This document shows, piece by piece, positions 38,426-49,982 of a stretch of DNA of 64,000 nt. The notes under the pieces are model-generated. The model was given only the letters and a program-made list of their open reading frames with translations, searched no databases and had not been told where the DNA came from. The DNA is from Rubripirellula sp. (GTDB taxonomy: Bacteria > Planctomycetota > Planctomycetia > Pirellulales > Pirellulaceae): assembly GCA_965216875.1 (NCBI GenBank), contig OZ244207.1:4512001-4576000 (forward strand), in the 5' to 3' direction. Positions within the stretch are counted from its first letter, which is position 1. Every line of letters starts with the position of its first letter. Position numbers and translations under genes: made by a program.

Positions 38426-40051
38426 CTACTCGTGCTCAAACTCGACCGGTTCATTCGCTGGTGGGTAAAAAGACCAACCAACGAGCAGCAATCCGGCAGC
38501 GAAATACCCCGCCGCGAATTCAAAGACGCTGGCGCGAAGCGCCGGCTCGAGCACAAACCCGCCCCAGCTTTCAGGACCGATCGGAACAAAGAGTTGATTG
38601 CCAACGAGCGGCGAATGGATCACGCCAAATAGCGTCATGGCACTCGCGATGAACATCACGACGGCCCCGGTGATCAACTTGCGATCAATGACGGCGGCGA
38701 GCATCCACGCCCAAAGAAGGCTGGTCAAAATAAAGCTGCTGCTAAGCATCCCCAACGTACTGATGTTCTTCTGCAACTGCTCGGGCAACTCTGCGGGGTT
38801 CACACCGGCGCCAAACATTTGCCCTGGAATGTTCATTGATAGAAACGCGAGGGCTGGCAAGCACGCAAATGCAACCGCAGCGTAGTGGCGGCGCGGCGTG
38901 GCAAGAAAACTTTGCGCCGAGATTTCGAGACCGACAAAGACCAAAATCGGATAGACCGCGGGCGCGGGTATCAAAGACTGCAGAACGCCAAAGTACCCAA
39001 CCAAACCTGCCGAACCCACCAACAGTGCCGTGCCAAGGGTGTAGGCAGCGCGTCCACCCATCGCCTTGTAGGCCGGATGTCCGATGTAGGGCGTTGTCTG
39101 AATCACGCCTCCCGAGAATCCCGCGATCAACGTCGCAACACCCTCGACACCAATCACCGATCGCGTGTCATAGTCGTCGCCCGCAGCCGCAGCACTTTCG
39201 GTACAGTCGATGCCGCCAACAATCGTCGCGATTGCAAAGGGCATTGCGATGGGCAAATAGGGAAGCGCGTCGTCAAACGACTGCAACCAGCCAAACTCCC
39301 ACGCTTGCAGCCAAGCCGTCGGAAACCACTCGACACTCGTGATTTCGGGATAGTGATAGCCCGTATTCGGAAACGCACACATCAAGTAGTAGACGGCACC
39401 GGCAACCAGCAACGCTCCCAGCGTTCCCGGCGTTCTTCCCGGCAGAGGGACGCGTGCGATCAATGCCGTCAGCACAATCACCAGCGCCAACATGCCAGGG
39501 AGCGGGTGTCCCAAGATTTCGAGCAACGGCAGGAAGCTGATCAGCACCAACGCGATCGCCGCGAGTGAACCGAGCAGGCCAGCACGTGGCACGATGCGAC
39601 GCACCCATTGAGCAAACGGAGCCGCGATCAACTTCAACACACCACTCAAGACGATGCACCAAATGCCGATGTGCCACGTGCGCGTCGCAGCATCGGCGGC
39701 AGCGAGGTTCAATCCTTCGGGATCAATTCCCTGAAGGAAAGACGGGCCAAGCACAAAGAGAATGATCCCAAAGGTTGATGGCGTATCGAGCCCCAGCGGC
39801 ATCGCCGTCACGTCGTCTCGACCGGTACGTTTGGCTAGCAGGAATGCGTAGATGAAAAACGCGAGGTCGCCGATCAGCACTCCGAGTGCCGTTCCAGGGA
39901 CCATCGAGGTCACGATGAAGTCGGTCGGCACGCCAAACCCTGACAGCAACGTCACCATCAGAAGCAATCCGGCGATGTTGTCGAGCATCAGCCCGAAGAA
40001 AGCGTTGACATCGCCCTTGCGGGCCCAGCGGTAGGAAGATTGCTCGCTCAA
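38426..40051 (-). CDS. permease, nucleobase/NCS2-like (AzgA-related)
   Basis: many TM helices; GDVNAFFGLMLDN, RDDVTAMPLGLDTP, IVPRAGLLGSLA, ESAAAAGDDY, TTPYIGHPAYKAMGGRAAY; likely TTG start 40051. Confidence 0.8.
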   Translation of the reverse strand: MSEQSSYRWARKGDVNAFFGLMLDNIAGLLLMVTLLSGFGVPTDFIVTSMVPGTALGVLIGDLAFFIYAFLLAKRTGRDDVTAMPLGLDTPSTFGIILFVLGPSFLQGIDPEGLNLAAADAATRTWHIGIWCIVLSGVLKLIAAPFAQWVRRIVPRAGLLGSLAAIALVLISFLPLLEILGHPLPGMLALVIVLTALIARVPLPGRTPGTLGALLVAGAVYYLMCAFPNTGYHYPEITSVEWFPTAWLQAWEFGWLQSFDDALPYLPIAMPFAIATIVGGIDCTESAAAAGDDYDTRSVIGVEGVATLIAGFSGGVIQTTPYIGHPAYKAMGGRAAYTLGTALLVGSAGLVGYFGVLQSLIPAPAVYPILVFVGLEISAQSFLATPRRHYAAVAFACLPALAFLSMNIPGQMFGAGVNPAELPEQLQKNISTLGMLSSSFILTSLLWAWMLAAVIDRKLITGAVVMFIASAMTLFGVIHSPLVGNQLFVPIGPESWGGFVLEPALRASVFEFAAGYFAAGLLLVGWSFYPPANEPVEFEHE

Positions 40052-40389
40052 CGTGCCAATGCCTGTTGGAAATCGCGGGATTTGCGGATCTTGGAGCCGT
40101 TTTTTAAGCGACCAGCAGACCTCGAACCAGACAGCCCGACCGGGGGGCGTCTCGATGAATTTTATGTTTTGGGAAAAAAATGCCCCAGAAAGTGGGTACG
40201 AAGGGCAGAAACCGTTTTGACGTGGCGCGAAATTCGGCGATACTGGTTGGCGGTTTGGGCGCCATCCAATGGTTTTCATTTTTCCTTTCCGGCGGATCGC
40301 TGGCATCCTAACCGCCCGTCGAAGCGAATTCATTTATCAGTTATTGATCATCCGCTTCTCTTCAAATCTCTTTTCGCACTGGGATTCCG

Positions 40390-41040
40390 ATGAATACCCA
40401 AACTCAAAACTCTCATGATGTCGAGTTGGCACCGGATTCGGTGGCACCGACGAGCGATGTTTCGGACGAAAGTCTGATCATCCAGTACCGACAGACTGGT
40501 GATCGCAAGCTTTACGAAACGTTGATGCGCCGCTACGAGCGCGAGATCTACAGCTACCTGCGCCGTTACATCGGCAGTGCAGAGATGGCCGAAGACGCAT
40601 TCCAGGGAACGTTCTTACAGGTCCACCTGAAGTGCAACCAGTTTGACCCATCACGTCGTTTCCGACCTTGGTTGTATGCCATTGCAACCAATCAAGCGAT
40701 TGACGTTCAACGGCGCAACAAACGCCATCGAATGGTCAGCCTTGATCGATCAGGAACGAACGAAAACGAGAATCGAGCCGGAAGCTGGTCCGAAAAGCTG
40801 GTGGGTGATTCACCCGACCCGCTGCGTACCGCGTCGGATCAAGAGAACAGCAACTGGGTTCACGAGTCGGTCGAGTCGCTTGGCGAACCGATGCAGCAAG
40901 TGATTCAGCTGGTCTATTACCAGGGACTCAAATACCGTGAAGCGGCCGATGCCCTGGGCATTCCCGTGGGCACGGTGAAGAGTCGACTCCACGCAGCAGT
41001 CCAGCGACTTGGCCTGCTTTGGGACGAGACTCACATGTAG
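40390..41040 (+). CDS. ECF RNA polymerase sigma-70 factor
   Basis: AEDAFQGTF, FRPWLYAIATN, YREAADALGIPVGTVKSRLH. Confidence 0.95.
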   Translation: MNTQTQNSHDVELAPDSVAPTSDVSDESLIIQYRQTGDRKLYETLMRRYEREIYSYLRRYIGSAEMAEDAFQGTFLQVHLKCNQFDPSRRFRPWLYAIATNQAIDVQRRNKRHRMVSLDRSGTNENENRAGSWSEKLVGDSPDPLRTASDQENSNWVHESVESLGEPMQQVIQLVYYQGLKYREAADALGIPVGTVKSRLHAAVQRLGLLWDETHM

Positions 41041-41265
41041 ATTCACGCGGTCCGATTGGGGGGCGAATCCCTTCTCGTCGCCCCTCACGGGACCGAATCC
41101 AAATGGCGAGAACCCCGTGTTTTACGGGGCTCGCCGACCTGAATCGCTTGGTTCATCGGCAAAGTTTGAACCAAGCCGCGGTTGTGCGCATAGTAAAGGC
41201 AACGGCGGTAGTCGCAGCGGGATGTTCTCGACTGCGAATGAGATACTTTGAAATCGTTACGGTTC

Positions 41266-42366
41266 ATGCACGAAGACCTTCTTGGCTATTTGCTTGGCGC
41301 CTTAGAACCACACGAAATGGAACGGGTTGCGCAGATGTTGCGCGACGATCCAGCGGCACGGGAAGAGCTCGAAAGGATCGAGGCGTCGCTCAAACCACTC
41401 GAAGACAATTACCAGCCGGTCGAGCCACCACCGAGTGATTTGGTGGAACGAACGCTCGCCAGTTTGCCGCCGCTGCCGCCTATGGAACCAGTAGACGGCG
41501 AGGCCTCTGTAGGCGTCGAAGCTGGTGACGCACTCGATGCCGCGATCGCGGGCGCCGGTCCCGAACAAAATGGTGTTGGGCCCGAACAAGATGGCGTGTC
41601 GCTCGCACCGATGCAGGATGCCGTCGAAGGTCCCAAGAACCCATCTGCCGCATGGGTTGACTGGGCCAGTGGAGCCGTTGCCGGCGCAGTCCTGTTGGGT
41701 CTGCTGTTGCCTTCGCTCGCTCAGGGTCGAATGGAAGCACGCAAGACTCAGTGCCAAGACAACCTTCGCCAACAATCAACTTCGATTACCGAGTTCGTCA
41801 ATCGCGACGCACAACACCGATTGCCGGCGGTTGCCCAAGAGGGCCCCGAAGCGTTTGCAGGCGTCTATGCGATGCGGTTGCGCGAAGCGGGTTTGTTGCC
41901 AAACGATTCTGTCCGCTGGTGCCCAACCAACCAACGTCCGGAAGGAGATGCCGCGAAACTTGTTTCACTGCAGACCTTACGCAGCGCTGGTGTCGACAAG
42001 CTTCGCGAGTACCAACGTTTTGCCGGTGGTCACTATGCCTTCACGCTCGGTGTGATCGACCAAGATGGATTCCGACCGCCGAAGTTCGAATCCCGCTCAT
42101 CGTTTGCCATCATGTCTGACGCGCCACTTACCGGCGTTTCGAGCGATGGAAAAGTCCAAGCCGAGCGGATTGGCCACGGCGGATACGGCATCAATGTTCT
42201 GTTCGAAGATGGGCGTGTCGAATTCATTGCGTTGGAATCACTCGACTCGATGCGCGACCATCCGCTGCTGAACCATCGAGGGCAAGTTGAGGCAGGCGTT
42301 AACGTCGACGACGCAACGCTCGCGCCAAGCTGGTACCCACCCTTCATTGAAGTCAAACAGCGCTAG
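41266..42366 (+). CDS. putative anti-sigma factor fused to a DUF1559/pilin-like module
   Basis: MHEDLLGYLLGALE anti-sigma-like N-terminus; TM helix then LLLPSLAQGRMEARKTQCQDNLRQ; HGGYGINVLFEDG near the C-terminus; downstream of the ECF sigma. Confidence 0.72.
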   Translation: MHEDLLGYLLGALEPHEMERVAQMLRDDPAAREELERIEASLKPLEDNYQPVEPPPSDLVERTLASLPPLPPMEPVDGEASVGVEAGDALDAAIAGAGPEQNGVGPEQDGVSLAPMQDAVEGPKNPSAAWVDWASGAVAGAVLLGLLLPSLAQGRMEARKTQCQDNLRQQSTSITEFVNRDAQHRLPAVAQEGPEAFAGVYAMRLREAGLLPNDSVRWCPTNQRPEGDAAKLVSLQTLRSAGVDKLREYQRFAGGHYAFTLGVIDQDGFRPPKFESRSSFAIMSDAPLTGVSSDGKVQAERIGHGGYGINVLFEDGRVEFIALESLDSMRDHPLLNHRGQVEAGVNVDDATLAPSWYPPFIEVKQR

Positions 42367-42571
42367 TAGGCCGGATCAAGGAGCGACAGCGACGCAGATC
42401 CGGCAGTTTGCCAAGGCCCGACGCTAGCGCGTACGGCTCACGAGGGCGTAGCTACCTTCGCCAGAAGGTGGATGTGTTGCCGGACCGCCCACGTTCAAAA
42501 ACCACGCCCTGGCGAGCGTAGCTACGAGATGCGAAATACGACGAGCCGGCGGCTTGCTTGATCCGGCCTAC
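42366..42571. repeat. nested REP cluster (families C, E, D) between convergent genes
   Basis: outer inverted pair GTAGGCCGGATCAAG (42366 + / 42571 -); family E unit 42415-42441; inner inverted pair GTAGCTAC..CGCCAG (42448-42471 / 42502-42525). Confidence 0.85.
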
Positions 42572-43140
42572 CCTTGCTTGACGATCTTGCTGATCGCTTT
42601 GAATTGCGGATGGCTTGCCGAGCCGAGCCATTCAAACATCACCGACTCGGTTGTGATGAGTGTCGCCCCAGCGTCGCGCATGCGGTCCATCGCAATTTCG
42701 TGATCCCGACCGTGACGCGCCGCCACACCTTCGGCCACCACGAAGGGGCGCATCCCCTCTGCAATCAAGTCGAGAACCGTTTGCAAGACGCACACATGGG
42801 TTTCGATGCCAATGATCACAATCTGATCGCGCCCGTCGGCCGCCCACGGATCAAGAGCATTGCGACAAACGGCTGCCGAGAAGTCGAGCTTCTCTTCGGG
42901 CTCGGGATAGTCATCGCGAAGAGACGCGTCGAGCGGACCGAGCCCCTTGGGGTATTGAACGGTCGCGGCAAATGGCACACCCAAATGCTTTGCCGCCTCG
43001 GTGAGGCGTAGGGCTTGCCGCAGAACGTTGTCACCCGACGGAATCACGGGCAACAGTTTCTCTTGAAGGTCGATCACCAACAGCGAGGATCGACTCGCCG
43101 AAAGTCTTTGGTAAGAGGCGACGTGTGGCACGACGATCAA
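42568..43140 (-). CDS. isochorismatase family hydrolase
   Basis: LLVIDLQEKL, QYPKGLG, EKLDFSA, GIETHVCVLQTVLDL. Confidence 0.92.
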   Translation of the reverse strand: MIVVPHVASYQRLSASRSSLLVIDLQEKLLPVIPSGDNVLRQALRLTEAAKHLGVPFAATVQYPKGLGPLDASLRDDYPEPEEKLDFSAAVCRNALDPWAADGRDQIVIIGIETHVCVLQTVLDLIAEGMRPFVVAEGVAARHGRDHEIAMDRMRDAGATLITTESVMFEWLGSASHPQFKAISKIVKQG

Positions 43141-43433
43141 TCGCCTGATGACTTTTTCTTCGACGACTTGCTGTCCGATTTCGAAGACGAATCGCTTGAA
43201 CTCGACTCGCTCGCCTTCTTATCGGCGCTCGCTGCTTTCTTGTAGCCTTCGCTACGATAGTCGGTTTGGTAGAAACCGCTTCCCTTGAAAACGATCGCAG
43301 CGCCAGCACCAAATTGCCGCCGCAACTTGTTCTTGCCACACTCGGGGCATTTCTTTTTCAGTGGATCGTTGATCCCTTGAAACACTTCCAGCTCGTGGCC
43401 GCAAGCTTCGCATTCGTAATCGTAAGTTGGCAT
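43137..43433 (-). CDS. FmdB-family zinc ribbon protein
   Basis: MPTYDYECEACGH..CPECG..IVFKGSGFYQTDY; S/K-rich tail. Confidence 0.92.
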   Translation of the reverse strand: MPTYDYECEACGHELEVFQGINDPLKKKCPECGKNKLRRQFGAGAAIVFKGSGFYQTDYRSEGYKKAASADKKASESSSSDSSSKSDSKSSKKKSSGD

Positions 43434-43499
43434 AGGTTGATTCTCCTCAAGGAATCTCGTCGCTTCGACGCGCCTCTTCGCGAGGCCGCCGCACTACCG

Positions 43500-43545
43500 G
43501 GCAGCCCCATTCATCACGAGGCAGCCCCGTTCATCACGAGGCAGC
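43500..43545. repeat. 20-bp tandem duplication at the grpE 3' end
   Basis: GGCAGCCCC(A/G)TTCATCACGA twice, plus GGCAGC. Confidence 0.7.
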
Positions 43546-44109
43546 TGGGCCGCTGCTGACGACAACTTGACTGGGTCGCACCACGCGATCATGCATTTGA
43601 AAGCCGGTCACAGCAACGTGAGCGACCATGCCTTCGGCGAACTCGTCGCTTGGCATCTGCGAAATGGCTTCGTGAAAATTGGGATCAAACAATTCGCCTG
43701 CTGCAGGGATCTCTTTCACACCATACTTGCCGAGCGTGTCGTCGAGCTGCTTGGCAACGATTTCGACGCCCTCGCGAAGTCCCGCTGCGTCTTCGGAAGA
43801 CTCCGATGCTTCAATCGCGCGAATCAGGTTATCACGCACTTGAAGCAGGTCGGTCACCATCGGTACCGCGGCGTACTTGAGCTGATCCTCGAGATCGCGA
43901 CGCATTCGCTTGCGAAAGTTCTCTGCTTCAGCTTGTGCAAGCAGCACACGTTTGTCGGCAAGGTCGGCCGTTTCGCGCAACCGCTCCATCTCTTCGTCGC
44001 GTGTCTCTTCGACTTCGACGTTTTCGTTCTCATCAACGACGTCAGTTTGTTCGGCAACCGGTTCGAAATCGGGTTCTTCTTGCGGCTGGCCTTGAGCTTC
44101 TTCGTTCAT
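43534..44109 (-). CDS. grpE: nucleotide exchange factor GrpE
   Basis: AEAENFRKR, DNLIRA, FDPNFHEAI, GFQMHDRVVRPSQVVVS. Confidence 0.96.
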   Translation of the reverse strand: MNEEAQGQPQEEPDFEPVAEQTDVVDENENVEVEETRDEEMERLRETADLADKRVLLAQAEAENFRKRMRRDLEDQLKYAAVPMVTDLLQVRDNLIRAIEASESSEDAAGLREGVEIVAKQLDDTLGKYGVKEIPAAGELFDPNFHEAISQMPSDEFAEGMVAHVAVTGFQMHDRVVRPSQVVVSSGPAAS

Positions 44110-45257
44110 CAGTTCACTCGTTCTTGAGGCTGAGGATCAGCGTCAAAAAAGTCACGTAGTTTGTCCAGGAAAGATTTTCGATGCGGCAAGACCGCATCAT
44201 GATCAAGTTCAGCAAGTTCGCGTAGCAAACGCTCCTGTTCGGCCGAAACCTTTTTCGGCACTTCGATAAAGACCTGAACCAACAGGTCCCCAGGGCGACC
44301 ACCACGAGGATCCATGACCCCCATGCCCTTGATCGTAAAGACGTCTCCATTCTGCGTGCCCGCTTCCACGCGCAAAGTGTGACGCCCGTCGAGCGTTGGC
44401 ACCTCGATCTCGGCACCGAGTGCGGCTTGCGAATAGGAGATCGGCAATTGCAAAATCAGATGTTTGCCATCACGCTTGAACAATTCGTGAGGCTTGACCG
44501 AGATAAAGCAGTAGCAGTCGCCAACAGGACCACCGTCCGGACTCGCTTCGCCTTCGCCCTGGACGCGAACTCGCATCCCATCGTCGACTCCAGCGGGAAT
44601 CGTCACGGTCAATTCAGCACGTTCGTTTTGCAAACCCGATCCGCGGCAATCGTCGCAAGGCTGACTGATTCGTTGGCCGGTTCCCGAACAGTGGGGGCAA
44701 GCGGTTTGGACTCGCAAGATCCCCGCCGATTGAATCACCTGTCCTTGACCGCCACACGTCTCACAGGTGGTCGGCTTGCTACCGGGCGCGGCACCGTTAC
44801 CTTCGCAGGTTCCGCATTGCACGCGACGACGGAAAGAGATGTCCTTTTCGACACCGCGCGCGGCTTCTTCGAGTGTGAGTGTGACATCACAGCGAATGTC
44901 CGCACCCCGGCGCTGACGGCGACGTCGCCCGCCACCGCGACCACCGAAGAGGTCACCAAACATACCGCCGCCGAACAAATCACCGAATGCTTCGAAGATA
45001 TCTTCGACATCGTTGAATTGGTGTACGCCATCAACGCCCGCGTGGCCATGGCGATCGTAGCGTTCGCGTTTCTCGGCATCGCTCAAGACCTCATAGGCCT
45101 CGGTTGCCTCTTTAAACTTCTCGACGGCGTCTTCGTCGTCCCGGTTACTGTCGGGATGGTACTTGATCGCAAGTTTGCGGTAGGCGCGATCGATCTCTGC
45201 TTTTTGCGCAGTCCGTTCGACACGCAGGACTTCGTAGTAGCAGGTTTTCTCGGCCAT
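44109..45257 (-). CDS. dnaJ: molecular chaperone DnaJ
   Basis: J domain (KYHPD), G/F-rich linker, four CxxCxGxG repeats, IPAGVDDG. Confidence 0.97.
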   Translation of the reverse strand: MAEKTCYYEVLRVERTAQKAEIDRAYRKLAIKYHPDSNRDDEDAVEKFKEATEAYEVLSDAEKRERYDRHGHAGVDGVHQFNDVEDIFEAFGDLFGGGMFGDLFGGRGGGRRRRQRRGADIRCDVTLTLEEAARGVEKDISFRRRVQCGTCEGNGAAPGSKPTTCETCGGQGQVIQSAGILRVQTACPHCSGTGQRISQPCDDCRGSGLQNERAELTVTIPAGVDDGMRVRVQGEGEASPDGGPVGDCYCFISVKPHELFKRDGKHLILQLPISYSQAALGAEIEVPTLDGRHTLRVEAGTQNGDVFTIKGMGVMDPRGGRPGDLLVQVFIEVPKKVSAEQERLLRELAELDHDAVLPHRKSFLDKLRDFFDADPQPQERVN

Positions 45258-45404
45258 GATCGATTCGATGCCTTCGCCCCGTTTCCATGGTTGGTCCACC
45301 TAATGACATCGGCAAACCGCGGGGACTTTAAAAAGCGAGATTCGTAACATTCAAAACGGGCCGCGCGCCAAAGCGAGCGACCCGTGCAATTATCAACCTT
45401 TGGG

Positions 45405-45422
45405 GTAGGGCCACCGCCCTAC
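45405..45422. terminator. short perfect hairpin overlapping the groEL stop codon (terminator or REP remnant)
   Basis: GTAGGGC-CACC-GCCCTAC; no clear U-tract. Confidence 0.35.
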
Positions 45423-47038
45423 GAAACGACGCCTTCGATCGCCTGCTTGCCTTTGTCCTCGTCTTCGAGGTTGGTCACAAGTGCTTCGGTCGTCAGGAGC
45501 AAACCGGCGATACTGCCAGCGTTTGCAAGTGCCGTACGGCAAACCTTGACCGGATCGATCACACCTGCTTTGAACAGGTCGCAGTATTCGCCGGTGTGAG
45601 CGTTGTAGCCGATGTTGCCATTCTTTTGACTGACTTCATCCACCACGACGCTGCCGTCGATGCCGCCGTTGTCAGCAATCTGACGCATGGGAGCATCGAG
45701 AGCCCCCAACACGATTTCGACGCCGATCTTTTCGTCGCCCTTGGCTTTCTTCTTTGCCTCTTCGACGGCTTCGCGGCAGCGAACCAAAGCAACACCACCA
45801 CCGGGCAGGATGCCTTCTTCAACCGCAGCGCGGGTCGCGTGCAAAGCGTCTTCCAAACGAGCCTTGGTTTGCTTCATCTCTGCTTCGGTTTCGGCACCGA
45901 CGCTGATCACAGCAACACCGCCGGCGAGCTTCGCCAAACGCTCTTGGAACTTTTCCTTGTCGTAGTCGCTATCGGTCTGATCGATTTGAGCACGGATCTG
46001 ATCGACACGCTTCTTGACTTCGCCGCTCTTTCCAGCACCTTCGACAATCGTCGTGTTGCTCTTGTCGACGGTAACCTTCTTAGCGCGACCGAGGTGCTCG
46101 AGAGTGATGTTTTCGAGCTGGATGCCCAAGTCATCGCTGATCAGCGTACCGCCGGTCAACGTTGCGATGTCGCCAAGCATTGCTTTGCGGCGATCGCCAA
46201 AACCAGGAGCCTTGACAGCAGCAACGTTGAGTGTGCCACGCAACTTGTTGACGACCAACAAAGTCAACGCTTCGGCGTCGACATCTTCGGCGATGATCAA
46301 CAGAGGTTGGCCGGTTTGAGCCGACTTTTCGAGCAGTGGAACGAGGTCGCGAATGTTGCTGATCTTCTTTTCGTAAAGAAGAATCAACGCGTTCTCAAGA
46401 TTCGCTTCCATCGTGCCGGGATCGGTGATGAAGTAAGGCGAGATGTAACCTTTGTCGAATTGCATCCCGTCGACGTAGCTGACGTCGGTGTCACGGGTTT
46501 TGCCTTCTTCGACAGTGATCACACCATCTTTGCCAACTCGCTCAAGCGCGTCGGCGAGCAGGCCACCGATTTCATCGTCGTTGTTGGCCGAGATGGCGCC
46601 AACGTTAGCGACTTGTTGCTTGTCTTTGACCGGCTTGCCCATTTCGATCAGCTTTTCCGACGCAGCGGCAACCGCTTTGTCGATACCGCGACGAATGGCA
46701 GCTGGGTTCGAGCCAGCAACGATGTTTCGCAAACCTTCTTTGAAGATGGCTCGAGCCAGGACGGTCGCCGTCGTCGTTCCGTCACCAGCCAAATCGCTGG
46801 TCTTTTGAGCGACTTCGATCACGAGCTTGGCGCCCATGTTTTCGAAGCGGTCTTCCAGTTCGATTTCCTTTGCAACGGTCACGCCGTCTTTGGTCACGGT
46901 TGGGCCACCGAACGACTTGTCGATGATCACATTACGACCGGTCGGGCCCATCGTCACGGCAACGGCGTTGGCCAGCTTGTCGACACCGGCCATCATGCGA
47001 GCTCGCGCGTGGTCGTCAAAAAGCAATTGTTTTGCCAC
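45419..47038 (-). CDS. groL: chaperonin GroEL (copy without GGM tail)
   Basis: [42 protein letters not shown]. Confidence 0.98.
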   Translation of the reverse strand: MAKQLLFDDHARARMMAGVDKLANAVAVTMGPTGRNVIIDKSFGGPTVTKDGVTVAKEIELEDRFENMGAKLVIEVAQKTSDLAGDGTTTATVLARAIFKEGLRNIVAGSNPAAIRRGIDKAVAAASEKLIEMGKPVKDKQQVANVGAISANNDDEIGGLLADALERVGKDGVITVEEGKTRDTDVSYVDGMQFDKGYISPYFITDPGTMEANLENALILLYEKKISNIRDLVPLLEKSAQTGQPLLIIAEDVDAEALTLLVVNKLRGTLNVAAVKAPGFGDRRKAMLGDIATLTGGTLISDDLGIQLENITLEHLGRAKKVTVDKSNTTIVEGAGKSGEVKKRVDQIRAQIDQTDSDYDKEKFQERLAKLAGGVAVISVGAETEAEMKQTKARLEDALHATRAAVEEGILPGGGVALVRCREAVEEAKKKAKGDEKIGVEIVLGALDAPMRQIADNGGIDGSVVVDEVSQKNGNIGYNAHTGEYCDLFKAGVIDPVKVCRTALANAGSIAGLLLTTEALVTNLEDEDKGKQAIEGVVS

Positions 47039-47105
47039 GAGTGTGTTCCTCTATGTGTTGGTTGTTCGTTGTTTCGCGTTCGAAGATCTGCAGGTCCAAT
47101 TCGAC

Positions 47106-47402
47106 CTACAGCACCTTTGCCAGGATGTCGCTTTCGCGAAGGATCTTCATTTCCTGACCACCGACTTCGATGTCGCTTCCGCCGTACTTGCCGTAGATCA
47201 CGGTGTCACCGACTGAAACACTCAATTCACCTCGGTTGCCGCTGTCGAGCAGACGTCCAGGGCCAACGGCAACAACGGTGCCGCGCTGTGGCTTTTCTTG
47301 AGCCGAGTCGGGAAGCACGATGCCACCAGCGGTGGTCGATTCTGCTTCGGAAGGTTGGACGACGACGCGATCATCAAGAGGACGCAAGTTAACTTTTGCC
47401 AT
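47106..47402 (-). CDS. groS: co-chaperonin GroES
   Basis: [35 protein letters not shown]. Confidence 0.98.
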   Translation of the reverse strand: MAKVNLRPLDDRVVVQPSEAESTTAGGIVLPDSAQEKPQRGTVVAVGPGRLLDSGNRGELSVSVGDTVIYGKYGGSDIEVGGQEMKILRESDILAKVL

Positions 47403-47510
47403 GATTCTTTGATTCTTTATGAATGATTGGTGATTTGGTTTGGTTGAGTCGCAGTTGCTACTGCTGTCGCCGGCACCTCGGCGCCGGCGACGATTTGGTC
47501 CGTGGTTGGC

Positions 47511-49334
<1,824 letters not shown>

Positions 49335-49395
49335 TCAGGTCATTGATTTGGTCGATATGCACCGGTGGCAGGGGCCATCGACAGGGCCTCTCTTC

Positions 49396-49412
49396 AGCAA
49401 TCGCTGTGCCGG
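49396..49412 (-). promoter_or_regulatory. putative sigma-54 (-24/-12) promoter of the groEL operon
   Basis: minus strand CCGGCACAGCGATTGCT = GG-N10-GC with GGCAC and TTGCT, about 195 bp upstream of groEL. Confidence 0.6.
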
Positions 49413-49499
49413 AACGAAAAGATCGGATCGCAAGTCGTTTGAAGACAATCACTTACAAACCGAAAAAAACCGCCCAAGGGCATGCCGCCCCCGCCCTCG

Positions 49500-49512
49500 T
49501 GCCACCTTGGCA
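49500..49512. promoter_or_regulatory. palindromic operator/UAS candidate TGCCA-N3-TGGCA
   Basis: TGCCACCTTGGCA, about 90 bp upstream of the sigma-54-like element. Confidence 0.4.
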
Positions 49513-49596
49513 GACGTTCGTGGGCTGGGCGCTGGCTTTGGGCTTACCGTGCCATGAAGTGAAGTGATTGCCCAGGTTAACGCGTGCTCCAACAAT

Positions 49597-49688
49597 CACC
49601 CTCCCGCTTGCGGGAGGGTCGGACGCAAAGTCCGGGGAGGGAATAGCCCTCTCCGGGCCTTAGAGCCCGACTCTCCCAAGGGAGAGTG
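49597..49688. repeat. CCCTCCC..GGGAGGG multi-hairpin repeat (family F)
   Basis: CACCCTCCCGCTTGCGGGAGGGT followed by CGGAC..GTCCG and CTCTCCC..GGGAGAG hairpins; related hairpin at 51784-51807. Confidence 0.7.
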
Positions 49689-49982
49689 TTTTCGAGACGC
49701 GCGGTTTCGAAGCCTAGTGGAAGCGAAATTGCAATCCGCAGCGCTAGTCACTTAGTGTCCCTACGCCGCAGGTCGAATCGGCACAATCGATACCGTCCGC
49801 AGGGAATCGGCGGAAAACCTTAGCAACCCCATGATGTTCGCTAATGTTTTGTTGACCCAAGGCTTGCTGAGGCGTCCACTTGCATCGGAGTCTCTTTGCG
49901 CAGCAACTCGATTGCGCAGGTGAGTGCCTGAGAACGGCACCAGAGGCAAACAAACACCAACTCCATTGCACGGGACCCGCGG

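Noticed and set aside
40300..40315. Sigma-54 promoter upstream of the ECF sigma (CTGGCA..CCGC)
   Set aside because: GG-N10-GC spacing fits, but the -12 element lacks TTGC and I saw no supporting upstream site; too weak to call
49814..49850. CIRCE (HrcA operator) candidate TTAGC..GCTAA
   Set aside because: Spacing is 15 nt rather than 17, the ACTC/GAGT core is missing, and it lies over 600 bp from groEL; at most an unrelated inverted repeat
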